Source: Asterias rubens
Lineage: Eukaryota
Direction: 5' to 3'
Length of the DNA stretch: 64,000 nucleotides
NCBI RefSeq assembly: GCF_902459465.1
Contig: NC_047071.1
Coordinates: forward strand, 2,170,001-2,234,000
The notes under the pieces were generated by a model. The model made no database searches. It was not told the DNA's origin and saw nothing but the letters and a program-made list of their open reading frames with translations. A program made the position numbers and the translations under genes. Shown piece after piece: positions 50,202 to 64,000 of this stretch. Every line of letters starts with the position of its first letter. The stretch's first letter is position 1.

Positions 50202-50597
50202 TTAAACTCTGTCCACACCATGTTGGCCTATTGTGTAGTATCACAGACAACAGGGTGATTTGATGCTTCAATTTCATTTTATAATATAAATTCCGTTTAG
50301 GGGAGAAGGAAACTTCTCTCCTCTAGGCCTATGGTTTGGTTTGCTCCCCCCCCCCCAAGCAAACAATGATTACCGTAGCTATTAGGGCCTACTGATACTG
50401 TAATACAGGTGTACCTGGATTTGGCTCATTCAATGGAGATTGGGAAGGAAGCAACTGGTAAAGTATTGTGGGGGGGGGGGGTTAATGGCAGTGGACAAAG
50501 AGTAAAGTACACAGTGTTTACTTATAATATAACAATGTTAGTGTCTGTGTATGGCATGACACAAGGTGTACACTGTCTGACTGTACACAGCTAACAG

Positions 50598-50654
50598 TAG
50601 TTGTGATCACAAAATCCTCCTGTCGTTGGCAGGAGGGTTACTTTATCGCAACTA
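50598..50654. mobile_element. TAGTTGCGAT-family MITE with 9-bp TSD
   Basis: AGCTAACAG|TAGTTGTGAT...GGCAGGAGGGTTACTTTATCGCAACTA|AGCTACCAG; homologous to 22122-22202. Confidence 0.75.
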
Positions 50655-51297
50655 AGCTACCAGCTACAGACATGCTACATGCATGTAGGTAAAATCTGAG
50701 TGTAAGTTCAAACCATGTCAACTAGTGTAGGCCTATAGGCCAAGTTAAAGTTGAAGTTACAGTTCAATCTTGATGAACCCTAGACTTAAAATTTGTAATA
50801 ATTTTCCAATTAGACTCAAGAGACTACAAATATTAGGCCTATATGTGATTATTTTTAATAAAAAACAATTCAAGGTGTGTGATTGTATTTTTGCAAGAGA
50901 CATACCGAATACCGATCATGGAGGTATATTAGAACTACCTCCATGGTTTGATAGGTTAGTAATATATTGGACGTACTTCCTATGGGGATGTGGGTTGGGG
51001 ATTGGGGCCTATACTATACGAGGAAAATAGTTTGTGGTGTGGTAGAGCCTCGTCTGTAGTTAAGTTTAGTGAGACAATTAACCACGCTATAATTAGCCCA
51101 TCATATTTTGGTCACTTTGACGTCATAAAACTCACATTGATTCCGGGTGAACAGGTCTGAATCACTTTAAATTAATATCTTCCTCTCGTTTTTTTCTTCT
51201 TCTTTCTGTCTGACTTTATTAACGCAGCCGCCATCCCAGACCTCCCCCCTTCAGACGGCTCCCAATGTTGATTGGAAGCTACCGAAGCCGCTAAACC

Positions 51298-63800
<12,503 letters not shown>

Positions 63801-64000
63801 TGATACCAATAAGAGCTACAGTTTGCTATTTCCATTGTCCTGTTTTCTTTTGATGAAGAGTATTACTGTTGGAATTGTGAGATGAAACTGGCTCTCCTTC
63901 AAATGAGAATGATTAGATGGTTATACCCACAAGTTAAAGAGAATTGTGAAATGTTTGTGAAATGTTTGTGAAATTTTAATACATGTAATTCTCTTTGGAG

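Noticed and set aside
50898-50954. 57-nt symmetric exon DIPNTDHGGILELPPWFDR as a possible CSK exon
   Set aside because: No SH3 similarity; the core is a 10-bp inverted repeat (CATGGAGGTA/TACCTCCATG); the downstream exon has an in-frame stop before its ATG.

Overview
Eukaryotic, intron-rich, AT-rich DNA, most likely from a sea star: the cyclin B closely matches Asteriidae cyclin B as I recall it, and the HCN channel resembles sea-urchin SpIH. I assembled seven protein-coding genes by hand from splice sites and frame continuity: the 3' end of basigin/neuroplastin (+), HCN channel (-), SPAG8 (-), CCDC112 (+), cyclin B (-), ANKRA2/RFXANK (-) and CSK (+, runs off the window). Introns and intergenic DNA hold many non-autonomous elements: Kolobok-like TTAA MITEs, Harbinger-like MITEs, small TAG...CTA hairpin MITEs with 9-bp TSDs, tRNA-derived SINEs, L2 fragments and tandem arrays. 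There is no prokaryotic content or CRISPR array. Main leads: (1) a CSK with no visible SH3 domain; (2) 9-bp-TSD hairpin MITEs concentrated near gene 5' ends; (3) a duplicated acceptor that could give a truncated basigin; (4) a correctly spaced CDE/CHR element in the cyclin B promoter; (5) a basigin-HCN-cyclin B-ANKRA2-CSK block matching the vertebrate 5/15/19 paralogon; (6) head-to-head cilia/sperm genes; (7) recurrent abutting of two Kolobok-like families at a shared TTAA. Coordinates were counted by hand and homology calls are from memory, not database searches.
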